In this document: piece after piece, positions 23,281 through 38,097 of the stretch | How the letters are laid out: each line of letters opens with the position of its first letter | Numbering within the stretch: position 1 is the stretch's first letter | Assembly (NCBI RefSeq): GCF_000143415.4 | Contig: NW_003314265.1 | Span: forward strand, 1,125,410-1,189,409 | Direction of reading: 5' to 3' | Source: Selaginella moellendorffii | Lineage: Eukaryota; Plantae; Lycopodiophyta | Length of the DNA stretch: 64,000 nt | Made by a program: the position numbers and the translations under genes | The notes under the pieces: generated by a model | Told to the model about the DNA's origin: nothing | What the model saw: the letters and a program-made list of their open reading frames with translations, nothing else | Database searches by the model: none

Positions 23281-25528
23281 ATGGCTTACGCGGGCAGTAA
23301 GCGTAGCAAGGATGACTACTCCCCGGCCGACGAGCAGCAGCAGCTCCTCGACAAGCCGTCCAAAATGGCCAGGGCTTCGTGGGATCACGCGATGGACAGC
23401 GGCGTTCTTAGCAACGGGGCAGTCGTCACCACGTCCAGCGGCGCCACCACTGCCTCCGCCACTCCCTCCGCCGCCTACGCCGCCAACCTGGAGCACTGGA
23501 TGAGGATTCAGGGCGGCGCGTCGAGCGGCAATCTGGTAGTCGCGAACTCCAGCGGTCCGACCAACACTGGCTTTGGCTCTGCTGGTGGTGGAGCTAGCGG
23601 CGGGGGCGGGGCTGGCGGCGCTGGCGGCGCTGGTAATCAACTCAACTTCCAGCAGAGAGTGATGGCTGCCGCGGCATTACAGGAGATTCGCAGCATTCAC
23701 AGCGTTGGCAATGGTGGCGGTGGTGGCGGAGTAGTGTCCAATTCGGCAGCGCTGGGCGGAGGTAGCGGCGGTGCCGGTGCCGGTGGCGGTTTCAAGTATC
23801 CCGCTTCTCATGTTCTTGACGCTTCGTCCTCCACGACGAACAACAACAACAACAACAATAGCGGCACCACTAGCAACTTGGATCAACACCATCACCAGCA
23901 CCACCTTGGACACCATCACCACCACCACCACCTCCCGCTACCGCCGCTTCCTCAGTCTCCAATGCGTCCCACCATGCGGGAGCTCGACATGTATAGCCCG
24001 ATGCTCCAAAATCTCCCGGTGGTTCCTCTCGTCCATCAGCAACAGCAGCCATCGTCCTCCAAAGTTATGCAGATCAACAGTAACGCTAACAGTGGTGGCG
24101 GCGATTTGATCAACTCTCACATCCTCCAGCAGCAGCAGCAGCAGCCTCCAGCCATGAATCACTCCGGTATTTTGCAGCAAGCGCCTGTTCTTCCGCAAGC
24201 TCCTCCGGTGATCCACCACCAACAAAACCAGATGATCCACCAGCAGCAGCAGCAGTCAGTTCTTCCCCCGGCTCCGGGATTGCTGGGACGAGATCCGTGC
24301 TCGTGGTTCTCGACGATCAACAAGGACGCCACCAACAACATGGTTCCGCCGCTGCCACCTTTGATACCCTCGGACGTGATGTCGTCCTTCTCCGCCATCC
24401 CGCCGCTACCGCCCAGCTTGAGCTCGTTTGGTAACACGGATTTCCTCGACCACCATCAGCTCCAAGTCCTTCCGAGCATCCCACTCCAGCAGCAGCAAAG
24501 CTCGTCGTCGTATCGAGGGGACTTGATCACTCCATCGCCGGAGATGATCTTCAACGCCAACGGCAGCTGTAACAACGCAGCCAGCGGCTTGACAAGCAAC
24601 GGCAATGGATTCTCGCCCATGGTTTCGTCCTCCCAGATTGGTGGCAACTTGCAACAGCAGCAGCAGCTGCAAAGAAACTCTGGAAACGGGAACAAGATGA
24701 TGCAATCAAACACGGGAAACGCGGCGTCGTCGAGGCAGATCCACAACCATCTCGCAAACGGCGGGAGCTCCTACTGCTCCTCGGAGATGGCCGCGAGCTC
24801 CGTGACGAGCGTCCACAACCACGCGGCGGCGGCGTCCTCGTCCAACACCACCATGCAAAACGGAAGCCCCGAGGACAACACCACCACTCTGGCCCAGAGG
24901 AGCAATCACCACCATCACCAACATAACATCAACGCTTCTAACAAGCAGCCACCAACGAGAACGTATACGAAGGTAAGTGTGATCGAGAATTCACTGTTCT
25001 TGAGTGATCGATGGATTGGGTCGCGATGATCTTTCAGGTATACAAGCTCGGATCTATTGGGAGAGCTGTGGATGTGACGAGATTCAGCAACTACACGGAG
25101 CTGCGGTGGGAGCTGGCTCGGATGTTTAACTTGGACGGTCAGCTGGATCAGAAGTCAGGGTGGCAGCTCGTGTTCATCGATCACGAAGGGGACATCTTGC
25201 TGGTCGGAGACGATCCATGGGAGTAAGTTTCCAAGAACTTGTTTGGTTTCTTTCCTTGCTTCCCGAGTTCTTGATCAGTTGGCTCTTTTCTTCGTGGATT
25301 TGACTCGTTTGATTCTGTGGTTCTAGGGAATTCGTGAGCTCTGTTCGAGGCATCCGGATCCTGTCGCCGTCGGAGGTGGCGTTCTACACCAACAATGAGA
25401 CGGACAGGCCTGCGGGAGCCAATAACAACAACAACAATAGCAATGGCAACAACAACAATAACAACAATAGCAACACCACCAACAACAACAACAGTAACAC
25501 GAATCTAGCCTCCGCAGGAGGGATTTGA
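23281..25528 (+). CDS. ncARF: Non-canonical auxin response factor (class-A-type PB1 domain, no B3 DNA-binding domain), 692 aa
   Basis: Exons 23281-24972, 25038-25222 and 25327-25528. PB1 reads [18 protein letters not shown]...[36 protein letters not shown]. The long N-terminal region is Q/N/G/H/P-rich. No B3 domain and no Aux/IAA GWPP degron is visible. Confidence 0.8.
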
Positions 25529-25901
25529 TCACCAGGCCAAAAAAAAAAACGGAAAAAATCGAAGAAGAAACGAAGAAAATCGAGCGCTAGCTATCACAGG
25601 TTTTTTCACTCTGTGCCTTGTGTTTTTTTAGTGTATCCTCAAAGAGATTTCGCGCCTAAATTCAAAATTCGCGTGAAAACCCTAAGGGCTTGGAGATGCG
25701 TTCTTATCGCCGTAGGAGACAGCAAGGTACGCACACTTTTCTTCCGGTCTCGAGATGGACAAGGAAGAAATCCTTTTGTAATGCCGCGCTGGCATTTGGA
25801 AGCTCTGATCCGATCGATGATTTCTCGAAGGGTATTTTAATATCTCTTTGCGTTGCAGACCAGCTGATCACTTGTGGCGCTACCATTCGATTGACCAGGT
25901 C

Positions 25902-26060
25902 ATGGGTGTGGTGATTGTGCAGGTTTGCATTGTGATGCTGGCGGCCTCGGTGCTTGGCTTCATATCCTACTGTAAGAAGCGCCCCTCGTCCAGCACCATG
26001 GAAGATTACTTTTTGATTGCTCCGGAGCTCCAGAAGCCTGGGGTGTGTGATAGAGTTTGA
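25902..26060 (+). CDS. Candidate 52-aa single-pass membrane microprotein
   Basis: MGVVIVQVCIVMLAASVLGFISYC followed by KKR. Upstream are a telo-box (25678-25685) and a GT-AG intron candidate at 25727-25858. Confidence 0.4.
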   Translation: MGVVIVQVCIVMLAASVLGFISYCKKRPSSSTMEDYFLIAPELQKPGVCDRV

Positions 26061-27291
26061 TTCTAGGCTCTAGCTTTGGGTGTTCACTCGTTCATTGTGG
26101 GTGGAATTCTTGGTGTGCAGATAGAAAAGGCATCTAAAAGATTTGGTGCCGGGTTTATCATGAATAGTAGCCGGATTCGAAGCTTTTCGGCTGGATTGAA
26201 GGTATGCGCAGAAGCTGTTTCTTGTGTCTCCTTTTTATGACGATGGCTTTTATTTTTTGTAGTATGATTCTAAAAAGCCGGAAAGGTAAGCATGCTTTCC
26301 AGTTAGTTTTTGTTTTCCCGGAACTGGATTTACTCTGCGTTGCTTCCGCAGATATTTCTTGCTTCGTCAACGATTCATGGATGTGTTTTTCCTGGACTCC
26401 AACGGATTGGTTGTATGTTTGTTGCTCTCTTTTGGCATTGACTTTTCTTTTTCTTCGCTAATGAAGGCCGGGGAGACTTTCGATCAGCTCAATTGGCTAG
26501 AACACGTCCTTGCAAGTAGCTCGGCTAGCTGGTAAGGCTCACTTTCAGTTCTCCAGGCAGGCCTTCACTTTTTTATTTTTGATTTTTCTTTTTCTTGCAG
26601 GCGTGTGATTGTTGGTCATCACGATTTGGAGGAAAACAGCAATGCCTCGTTGAAAAACATGCTTCTTCCGCTTTTTCTGCGGCATGATGTGGTAAGCAGT
26701 GTAGTCGACGAATAATTCAGAAAAAGGTATCATTTTGGAAGAGCAGAATGTTTATGTCCATGACGGCGAGGACTTCTCTTGCCGAAACACCATGGATCGT
26801 AGTATGATGTTTATCGGCATTGGTTCCCAGAATTCGACTCAGGAATCCAGGTATTTCAATTTCCACTGGCTACTCATGCCGATCAAAATCTGTGATTGTA
26901 GAAAGAATCAAGCAGACTTCATACTCACTCGCGTGACAGCTCTGGAAATGGTATGGTCTTTTTTTTTTTCTTTTTTTATCTTCGTAAATTCAAAGCTTAC
27001 GAGAGCGTTTATATTGCTAAAGGAATTTATCTTGATGAACTCAAATGCTCAAACGGTCTCTAGAGCCTTCGCTGCTCAAAGAGGGAGAGCTACATTCTAG
27101 AATGCCAAAGACAAAACTATTCTTTTTCGCGGTTCGATGAAGGCATATTCGCTTGCGTCGCCGCAAGGCCACAACCTAATCGAGCGGTGTGCAGAGTAAT
27201 CGCGTGGCACCATCACAAGCCATAAGACTAACCAGACGTAAATCCCGGTGTTATAAATGGCGTCTACTGTCAAGTTCGAGGTTTTCTGGCG

Positions 27292-29685
<2,394 letters not shown>

Positions 29686-29754
29686 AAGTTCAAAGGAAAA
29701 ATTACAAATTAAGTTACCTCTATAAAGATCCAAACGTTAGGTTCCTGGATTTTG

Positions 29755-30643
29755 CATGGATCTATCATGGAGCCGTGCTGTGTTGCGGACCGATATCTTG
29801 CTGGTAAGCTAGAAGAAGCTCTAGCCGATCTAGCGCAGTACCAAATGGTACTCTTCGCAATAAGCAGCACTAGCGATGCCTGGAGCTTGCTAGTTTATCG
29901 CCAAGGGAGATTTTTCCACTTCGACAGCTCGTTAAGAAGCACCACCCGGTCAATCTCAATCGGCCGAACCCCTCATGGAGACTCGAGTTTATCGAGTCCC
30001 TCGCAAATCAGCAACGAGCGTACGTTCTAGCGCTTGCAGCTCCGGCAAGCGATCTGGCCCAGGTTGTGAGGAGCATGGCTGTGGAAGCTATTGCCCAGAC
30101 GAGGCGAGGGATCGTGGATCTAGTACTATGGGCACTTTGAAAGTTTCTTCGAGGGTGGCAAATTGGGACAGGAGAAGCTTATCCTTGTAAGACATTATGA
30201 GATCACTTGTCATCCAAGCTGTGCACCATGCTCATGAACTTTGCGGTACTCCCTCTTTTCTCCTCTTCTCAGCTGCTCATCTCTCTAATTCGTGGCAGCG
30301 TATACAACGAACGCCTCAAGTGAAGGTCTTCCTTTCTTTGATTGAGGCGTTTGTGCTCTTGGACCGGGAAAAGTACGAGGACGCGAGGATCTGCTGTGAC
30401 AACCTCTGGGAAGGGGATGCGTCGTCCGCCTTCTGCAGAAACGAATGCGTCGTCCGGGAGTCCGGGACAATTGACCTTCTTCAGCTGGATCCTCTGAGCC
30501 TTCGGTTGTACAACGGTAGCAGTCCGTGGAACTCAAATGACATGCCTGTCCAGAGAACATTATATCATCGGTTTGAGGCAGCTCTTCTATGTTCATCAAG
30601 GACTCGTCATAGTGAAATATATAATCACATATATCCCCTCTAA
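29755..30643 (+). pseudogene. Degenerate C48 (SENP8/DEN1-like) protease-related gene, copy 1
   Basis: MVLFAIS...AWSLLVY...FFHFDSS resembles the HWSLLVY...FYHYDS core. Frameshifted. 29980-30510 is homologous to 31095-31600. Confidence 0.5.
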
Positions 30644-31088
30644 ATACATAAGTACTGTTAAGGATGCGGCAAGAGTTTCTGCTAAGGAAGCGCGATCAGT
30701 TCAAGCGGCAATCTAAAAGTTGAGGGACGAGTTTGCAAAATTTACAATGCCATGCTTGCTTTCTAGTGGAGACAAGGAAAGCAGCATTGATGAATATAGT
30801 TTGAGATGTCAAGACGTCTTAGATGCAAAGCTTGACGAACTTAAGCATGATATGAACAACGTTGTGGCGGACTTAGAAGCAAAGATGGAGAAAACGTTTG
30901 ATAACAAACTAGACATGAAACTACAAAGGGACCTGAAGAAGAGTTTGCGTTTCGCTTTTGCTAAGGGTATGCTCTCCAAATTAAAGGAAACTTTACGCAT
31001 TTAGAGGCAAAAGTTAATCAAATTCTTACAGTCCAACTGCACGCCTCTTTGGCATCAACCATACGCCGGGCCAGCAATGCCAGCGACG

Positions 31089-31920
31089 CCGGCTACTCGA
31101 GTTTTTCGTGTCCCTTAGAAATCAGGATTCGGGCGTCTACGTTATGGCGCTCGCGGAGGCTCTTGCTAAAGCTCCGGCAAGCGATCCGGTCGAGGTTAAG
31201 CATGGATGTGGGAGCTGTTGCTCAGACGAGGCACTCCTTGGCCGCGCGGAAAGATGCAAGAACGATGGAAGCTCTGAAAGCCGTCATGGATCTCCTCGAG
31301 GAGAGCAAACTGGGACAGGAGCAGCTTATGCTTGTGGACAGACAAGTCATGGGAGTACGAGATCATTTGTCCAAGCTGCTCACCAAGTTCCGCGAGAGTT
31401 ACGAGGTATTCGACTCTTCTCTGTTCTTTTGTTCGCTTGTGATTGCTTGTTTCTCTTCCTTGCTGTGCTGGAGGCGTTTGTACTCTTGGACCGGGAAAAG
31501 TACGAGGACACGAGGATCTGCTGTGACAACCTCATTTGTTCCTGGAAAAGAGATGCCTCCGGGACAATCGTGGATCCCTTGAGCCTTCGACTTTATGACT
31601 GCGCTTTTGAAGCTGTGCTGAAGTGCCGTGTAACAGCCCTTGGAAATCAAATCACAGTTGCGGAGCTGCTCCAGAAGTCCGAAGGACGATGCGTCATCGT
31701 TTTGAAGGCGAAGGATGACGCAGGAAATCTCCATGGAACGATCCTTTACGTTGACGACATGGACTCTTCCTATGTGGTGAAACATATGATCGAAAACCCT
31801 GCGTGCATGCAAAATGCCCGTCGATGTTACATGAGTCCATATAATCTCTTGTTGCTCTTTTTTCCAGTGTATAACAAACCGAGCGCTCTTAAGGATGATG
31901 CAAGAGAGCACTTTTTCTAA
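31089..31920 (+). pseudogene. Degenerate C48-related gene, copy 2
   Basis: RNQDSGVYVMALAEAL resembles Q.N..DCGVYV. The reading frame switches between ORFs 31049 and 31108. It shares the exon EAFVLLDREKYED.RICCDNL with copy 1. Confidence 0.5.
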
Positions 31921-34458
31921 TGTGGGGGACAATGTAGCATTTAACTTGGCTCCGTTGTGCTGTTTGGCATGCTTCAGAGCGGGCCTTTAACCGAGAATAT
32001 TCTAGGCTAGCCAATTCATTTCATCGAAGGATTAGCGTCCAATCCAAGGAGAAGCTCAGTTTCCAAAAGTTTGGGCATCGAAAGTGCACGGGAAAAAGGC
32101 GGCAGTGGTCGAGGCAGGGAGCAAGGCAGCATGAGGAACTTCAGCGGCTTGGGAGTTGACTAAAGAATATTTTGTTAGGATAATTGATGCTGTTGAATTT
32201 TTAATTGCCGTTCAAGGAGTGTTCTTTCATCATTATAAATGTATATATATTATAGTATTTTTAATAATTAGTAACACTATAAAGCAGAAAGTACAATGGA
32301 AGTTCGAGAGTGGTTCTCTATAATGTGCTTACGATAGCTCCACTCCAGATGCCCAGGCTGTAGAGGTGCTGGTGAAGAAATGCATGAAGCCACGGGTGAT
32401 AGAAAGGTCGACACCTCAGGAAGTGGATATTGCCGCGAGATGCGTGCTTAATCCATTGGTCTCATTTCCTTCACCTCTGTTGTGTTTCTGTTGTTTCAGC
32501 TCCTTGGGTAAATGAAGCCCCCAGCTGGTATTTGGCGCATGACACACAGTCGACTGCCTTGTGCTGTGATGCAGCTCCATATGATTCTTCAACGAAGCTC
32601 CTCTACAACTTTGTTCAACTCGAAACAGCAGTTTTGGCGGTGAAAGCAAAGGATCCTTTCGGAAGATGTCAAATGACGAGAAGGAGAAGCTTTTACTTGC
32701 TAGCGAAACGAGCCACACAGGTCTCGAAGTGACGAGGCACTGAAGAGGTTGGTATGTCTTTGCACGCTCTTTGTTTGGGATGCTCTAAGATGTTTGTCTC
32801 TCGTTTTTCAATAGCCTAGTACCCGGATAAAGCAGCCAAACGTCAGGCGCCAGAATCAGGAGTTTGCGCTTCTGGCACAGAGCGTACGAAACATTGTGGG
32901 TGAGCGCACGGTCGAGTCGTTTGTGTGCTCAAGCAGCTGAATATCTGGATACTATTCTTCGAAACTCCTTTAGAAGTTCATCCAGTTTGAACGGCAAGGT
33001 TTGGCGGCAAAGGCGAATGATAAGTTTTTCCTTCTCGTGCTTGGCATTTTCCGAAAGGGCTTCGACAAGATTACTAGAAGTAATAAATAAAACATCAATT
33101 TCTTGATAAGTTTTCTTTTGAGTACATATACTTTTCCTTACAGCGGGGTGAGCTAAGCTATATTTACTGCGGGAGTACAAAGTGGTGCTTGCCAAAATTT
33201 TGGGACAGAAGGACCCCCTAAATAAAAACGCACATAAAAAATGCCAGATCAGGTTTGTCACGGATCACCATCTCGGCCATCAATAATAGTAAACACACGC
33301 AAGTAACTCCTCCGCAGCGCAGCGAGAGACGCGCTTCGCATTTAGATCTGAACACGGGCATCCATCTCCACCATGCGCGATAGCTCGATCAGTCGATTTC
33401 GCCAATGAATTGGACTTGGCTGGGAGCAGCAGACAGAGAGCCTCTACGAACGGTTTCCAGGGACAAACGGCAGTCCTTTGCTGATTGATTTGTGGCCAAG
33501 CCCAACAACAAAAAAAAGCTGGCTACAAAGCGTAGATTGCTGGTCGATCGGAGATCTAGAAAATGCCTTTAAAAAGTACTAAAGTTTTTTCTTTTTTTCC
33601 TTTTTCCACAAAATTGATTGAGCGTGTGCGTGCAGCCGTGTGGGGCATTGAATGTGGGCGCAGATTTGCAATCTAGCCGCTGGATCCAATGCCTTTGATT
33701 ATCGGATCGAGGCGTTATATATGCTCTCGTCCGTCCGATAAAACCGAGCAAAGATAAAAATTGAGAATGTAGAAAAGAAAGACTGTCGAGTCATCATAAA
33801 TTCCTTAACAAACGTGGACCTTGGCGACCACGTCACCCGGACGGGGCCACGCAAAGTCAACGCCCAACACGTGTCCGTAGCGCGAATATTCGCTGGGGTC
33901 GTGACACGTGCGGGGATATTCTCGCCGCGGCGGCGCGGCACGGTATATTCCGGCGGCGGCGGGGGTGGAGGGGAGCGGGAATGCGGGAGAAAGACGTGTT
34001 GGAGAAGAAAAGAGGAAACGAGATGGAGGAGCTTCGCGATTTTAGGGCTCGTCACAGGGAAATTTAGGGCGCCAGGAGGCGCAGATCAAGGCGCTTGTCT
34101 CTCTGTTCTCTTCTCTCCCTTCTCTCTCCGATCGAGCGCGAGCTCCAGCGATGTCGTGATTCGATGCGCATGTTGTGAGTAGCTTTCCCCCTTTTTTTCT
34201 TGCTGTGATGAATCATTCCATCGATCTCTGCCGGTTCTTGGCTTGTCCTGCGCTGTAGCTTGATTCCTCTTGCCGGTCTCATCGTTTAGGCGCGGGCGGC
34301 CGGTCTGCATTTTCTGCGTGTTTTTCCCCTTGTCTCATTCGTGAATTCGATGTGAACGCGTCATGGCTTCGTGGATGTGAGATTTTTGGCAGGGTTCTTC
34401 GTTCTCGGAGCTAAATTTTTCCTCTCGTGATCGCAGCTGCGCCTGAGAGGGAGGCGTG

Positions 34459-37113
34459 ATGCCTTCCTGGTGGGGCGGCAAGTCCTCCAAGGAGCCCAAG
34501 GAGGCGGCGGCCAAGAAGCAGCAGCAGCACAAGAGCAAAGATGGCATGCGCTTGCAGATTGGGAGCTGGAAGACGAGGCTCTCCTCCTGGACGGACGACG
34601 AGAGGAAGAACAGCTTCTCGCCGGGCTACCGCTCCAGCTCGGACAATTCCAGCAGCTCCAGGCCGGTGTCGCCGTGCACGCCCTCGGACTCGGCAAGGCA
34701 GCCATGGCCTCTGCCGTGCTCGCCCTTCTCTCCTCAAGGCGCGGAGGTGCGAAGGAACCAGTCCCTGCCGCTTCCTCCTCCCCAGGAGCAAAAGCCCAGA
34801 GCGGGGATTTTCGCCGAGGCAGTGGCCGCGACCTCGGCCTCTTCCAGCATCAGCTCAAGCAACAGCGATACGTGTGACACCACCCAGTAAGTTTCACTTG
34901 TTCTCTCTTTCTCCGTGAATGATCTCGTGGTTTTGGTTGTCTTCTTTCAGATCAAAGGCCTCTCCTTGGAAGGAATGTAGGTACTCGGGAAACGGATCGA
35001 CGCCTTCCAATCCGGTGCCAGTGAAAGCTACGTCAAACAACGCGCACTCCCCGTGCTTGAGCCCGTGCCGCAGTCCGAGAGCGATTCTCGACGCCGGTGA
35101 CGCCTTCTATCCGTATAGTAACAGCGCTGCCGCTGTTGCTCCTGGGAACAGCCCGCCGGCCTTCACTGCTACAGCCGGGTCGAGGAATCCACGCACCCAA
35201 AGTGGAAGTGGTGGAAGTGGTTTTGGTGGTGGTGGTAGTGGTGGTCAGCTTTCTCCCCGCCACACGCCGCACCCGTTGCCAGCACCACCACCACCACCTT
35301 GCGGAAGTGGATTTCCATTGTCGCCGACGCTTTCACCGTCTAACAGGGGGGCGACGACAACCTGCTGGCAGAAAGGGAAGCTCATCGGTAATGGAACTTT
35401 TGGATATGTGTATGTTGGGTTTGACAGGTACCGCACACCACTCCGGCCCCCCTCGCTTTTTTATTCTCCTCGTTTGCTCCAGCGACAGATCTAACACGAT
35501 TCTCTTGCCATGTGCAGCAACAACATCGGCCGGATGTGTGCGATGAAGGAGGTTCGCATTATTGGTGACAATGATCAGTCTAAAGAGAGTGCTAAACAGC
35601 TCGGACAGGTACTTGCTATTCTATCTGCAAAGTTCTCGTTGTTCCATTTTAAATTTTTTTTTTCCCCGTTTATTGGTGTCGATCACTTTTAACTTGCGTT
35701 GCGTGTCCGCCATGCTTCAGGAAATTACTCTCCTCAGTCGCTTAAGGCACCAGAACATTGTACAGTACTATGGATCAGAAGCAGTAAGCACTAGCGTGAT
35801 CCTCATTGTTGTGCGGCTCATTACGTTTTGCTTGGTGTTCTTTGTAGGTGGAGGACAACCTTTACATCTATCTCGAGTACGTGTCGGGTGGCTCCATTCA
35901 TAAGCTGCTTCAAGACTATGGACCATTCAAGGAGTCGGTTATCAGGCGCTACACGAGACAAATACTTTCGGGTTTATCCTTTTTGCACAGCGTGGAGACT
36001 GTTCACAGGTACTTTTTCGAGTGGCGTTTTCTATGTCGTGCCAGCGTTATTCTTTTATAGAGACATCAAGGGCGCAAACATCCTTGTCGATACCAATGGC
36101 GTGGTGAAGCTTGGGGACTTTGGCATGGCGAAGCACGTACGTTTTGTGTCTAGTCTGATCTTTTTCCGGCACTCACCCCGGGACTGCTTTCAGATAACTG
36201 CTCAGTCCTTCCCACTTTCTTGCAAAGGAAGCCCGTACTGGATGGCTCCAGAGGTTTGTGGATGTCACGTAAAGTGCCTGTCCATAAAAGCGGGTTTTGT
36301 CTGGATTGGCAGATTCTAAAATCAACTCATGGTTATGATCTCTCTGTGGACATTTGGAGCCTCGGTTGCACCGTGATCGAAATGGCAACTGGAAAGCCTC
36401 CGTGGAGCGAATTTGAAGGGGTGAGTGACATAACGAAGTTTCAGTCACTAAGTTTCTAAGGTTTGAATGCTCAGGTCGCTGTTATGTTCAAGATTGGCAA
36501 CAGCAAAGAAACTCCTCCAATTCCTCCGCATCTGTCCGAAGAGTGCCAACACTTTCTGAGGTTGTGTTTGCAAAGGAACCCGGCGGACAGACCAACAGCG
36601 ACAGAGCTCATGGAGCATCCGTTTGTGATGGACATACCGGACACCAACTCAGACTTCCAGGTACCGCAGCCCTTTTGTTTCTATCTGAATTGTGTAGCTA
36701 AATCTCGATTTTTCCAATCTCATCAGACTCGAGATGGCTACCAGACGACAAGGTGAGCTTTGCATTCGTTTTTTTGTTGTAGCTAATGGTGCTCTTTCAT
36801 TAGATACGCGTCTACTCCACCTCGGCAAGTACTCTCTCCGATGTTCTCCCCTTCCTCCCAGTTTGGATTCCAGCCGGCCTCCGAGGCCGACGCCACCGCT
36901 TTCTTCCTCCAGACTCCATCCGATTTTGGGAGGCGATTGAAAAGCATGGAGGATCCTCAGCAGCAGCAGCATCGCCACCATCATCATCATCCCGCAGCAA
37001 AGATGCGTAACGGCGGCCACGGATTGTCAACGTCCGAGATCGAGGTTCGCAGCGTCATCTCTGACATTCATCATCACCAGAGGCTCGTCAGCTGCCTGGA
37101 TCTCAAATGCTGA
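34459..37113 (+). CDS. MEKK-type MAPKKK of the YODA/MAPKKK-alpha group
   Basis: MPSWWG N-terminus, [72 protein letters not shown]. About 11 exons. Confidence 0.92.
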
Positions 37114-37321
37114 AGTTACGTTTTTTCCTTTATTCTCATCATTTATCTTCCTCCTCTTCTTCGCAACGCTCCTTTGGTGCGAGGGAACGATTCTACTACG
37201 ACGAGTGCTCCTCTTTTTGTATATATGACAGCACCGGCTCACAATTTTGCCTCTTTTACTTCCTTTACCTCCGTTGTAAAGTTTTTTAAATTAACGGATA
37301 TTCTTGCTCTGCTTTTTAGGG

Positions 37322-37616
37322 CATACTTGCATTCGAACGGGTACGATTAATAAAAAACGCCGTTTAAAACGCGCGTATAATACGGCGTTTAAAACGGCGT
37401 TTAAACACCAAGAATATTTTAAAAAACCCTAAAGAATATGCTTTCTTTTACTTAGGATTAGGGTTCATGTAAAATCAGGGTTCGAAAAAAACTGTAAAAT
37501 TAGGGTTCGAAAAAAACTGAAAACCATTATACCCGTTCGAAAAAAAGCTAAACGGGTATTAAACGTTCGATACCCGTTCGAATCCGGTTGCGTTCGAATG
37601 TTCGGATGCAAGTATG
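37322..37616. mobile_element. MITE-like element, 295 bp
   Basis: Terminal inverted repeats catacttgcattcgaac / gttcggatgcaagtatg match at 16/17. Internal (cc)gttcgaa repeats and palindromes. No target-site duplication is evident. Confidence 0.7.
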
Positions 37617-37635
37617 TTGAGCAGGCACAGGGGAT

Positions 37636-38097
37636 ATGGTGGCCATAGCCGCGCTCCACGCAATTCCATGGCATTCCTCGCAATCTCTGGCGAATGGTCG
37701 CGGGAGGAGGAAGATCTGGGCATCGGCAGCGCCGGATTCTCCTCAGAAACCTGGTACCTTAGCTATTGAGGAGGAAGAAGTTGTAGAAAACGTAGAGAAA
37801 GAGGAAGATTATACTGGATCCGGGTGTAAGACTTGCGGGCGATCGGAGGTGATGTGGGGCTGCAATGGGCTGGGGCGAATCCAGGGCGGCATTGCAGCGG
37901 TGCCGGGATTTGGGTGGTGGCCAATCAAGGCATTCCGGCCATGCCCGGCGTTCGTAGAGTCTGGGGGGCGGTACAAGAGGCAGGGCCAGAGGCTGGACGA
38001 GTTCGCCTATGGCAGGCGATTTAGCAAGAGCGAGAAGGAAGCAAGCCGTCCCACATCTGATACTCCTCGCAAGAAGACCACGAAGAAGCGCAATTAG
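37636..38097 (+). CDS. Conserved small plant protein, probably plastid-targeted, with a CxxC...C...C motif
   Basis: Intronless 153 aa with a transit-peptide-like start. The motif CNGLGRIQGGIAAVPGFGWWPIKAFRPCP..V.SGGRY.RQGQ is recalled from uncharacterised green-plant proteins. Confidence 0.8.
   Translation: MVAIAALHAIPWHSSQSLANGRGRRKIWASAAPDSPQKPGTLAIEEEEVVENVEKEEDYTGSGCKTCGRSEVMWGCNGLGRIQGGIAAVPGFGWWPIKAFRPCPAFVESGGRYKRQGQRLDEFAYGRRFSKSEKEASRPTSDTPRKKTTKKRN

Noticed and set aside
25151-25171. miR167 target site in the PB1 region (SGWQLV codons)
   Set aside because: Several mismatches to the miR167 complement, including near the centre; the similarity is explained by protein conservation.
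23281-25528. Aux/IAA gene
   Set aside because: No GWPP degron or clear EAR motif, and the PB1 sequence is ARF class-A-like.
32300-33270. Short ORFs between the C48-like copies and the kinase
   Set aside because: Coding-like fragments but no consistent exon chain or known motif; possibly gene relics, not supportable.
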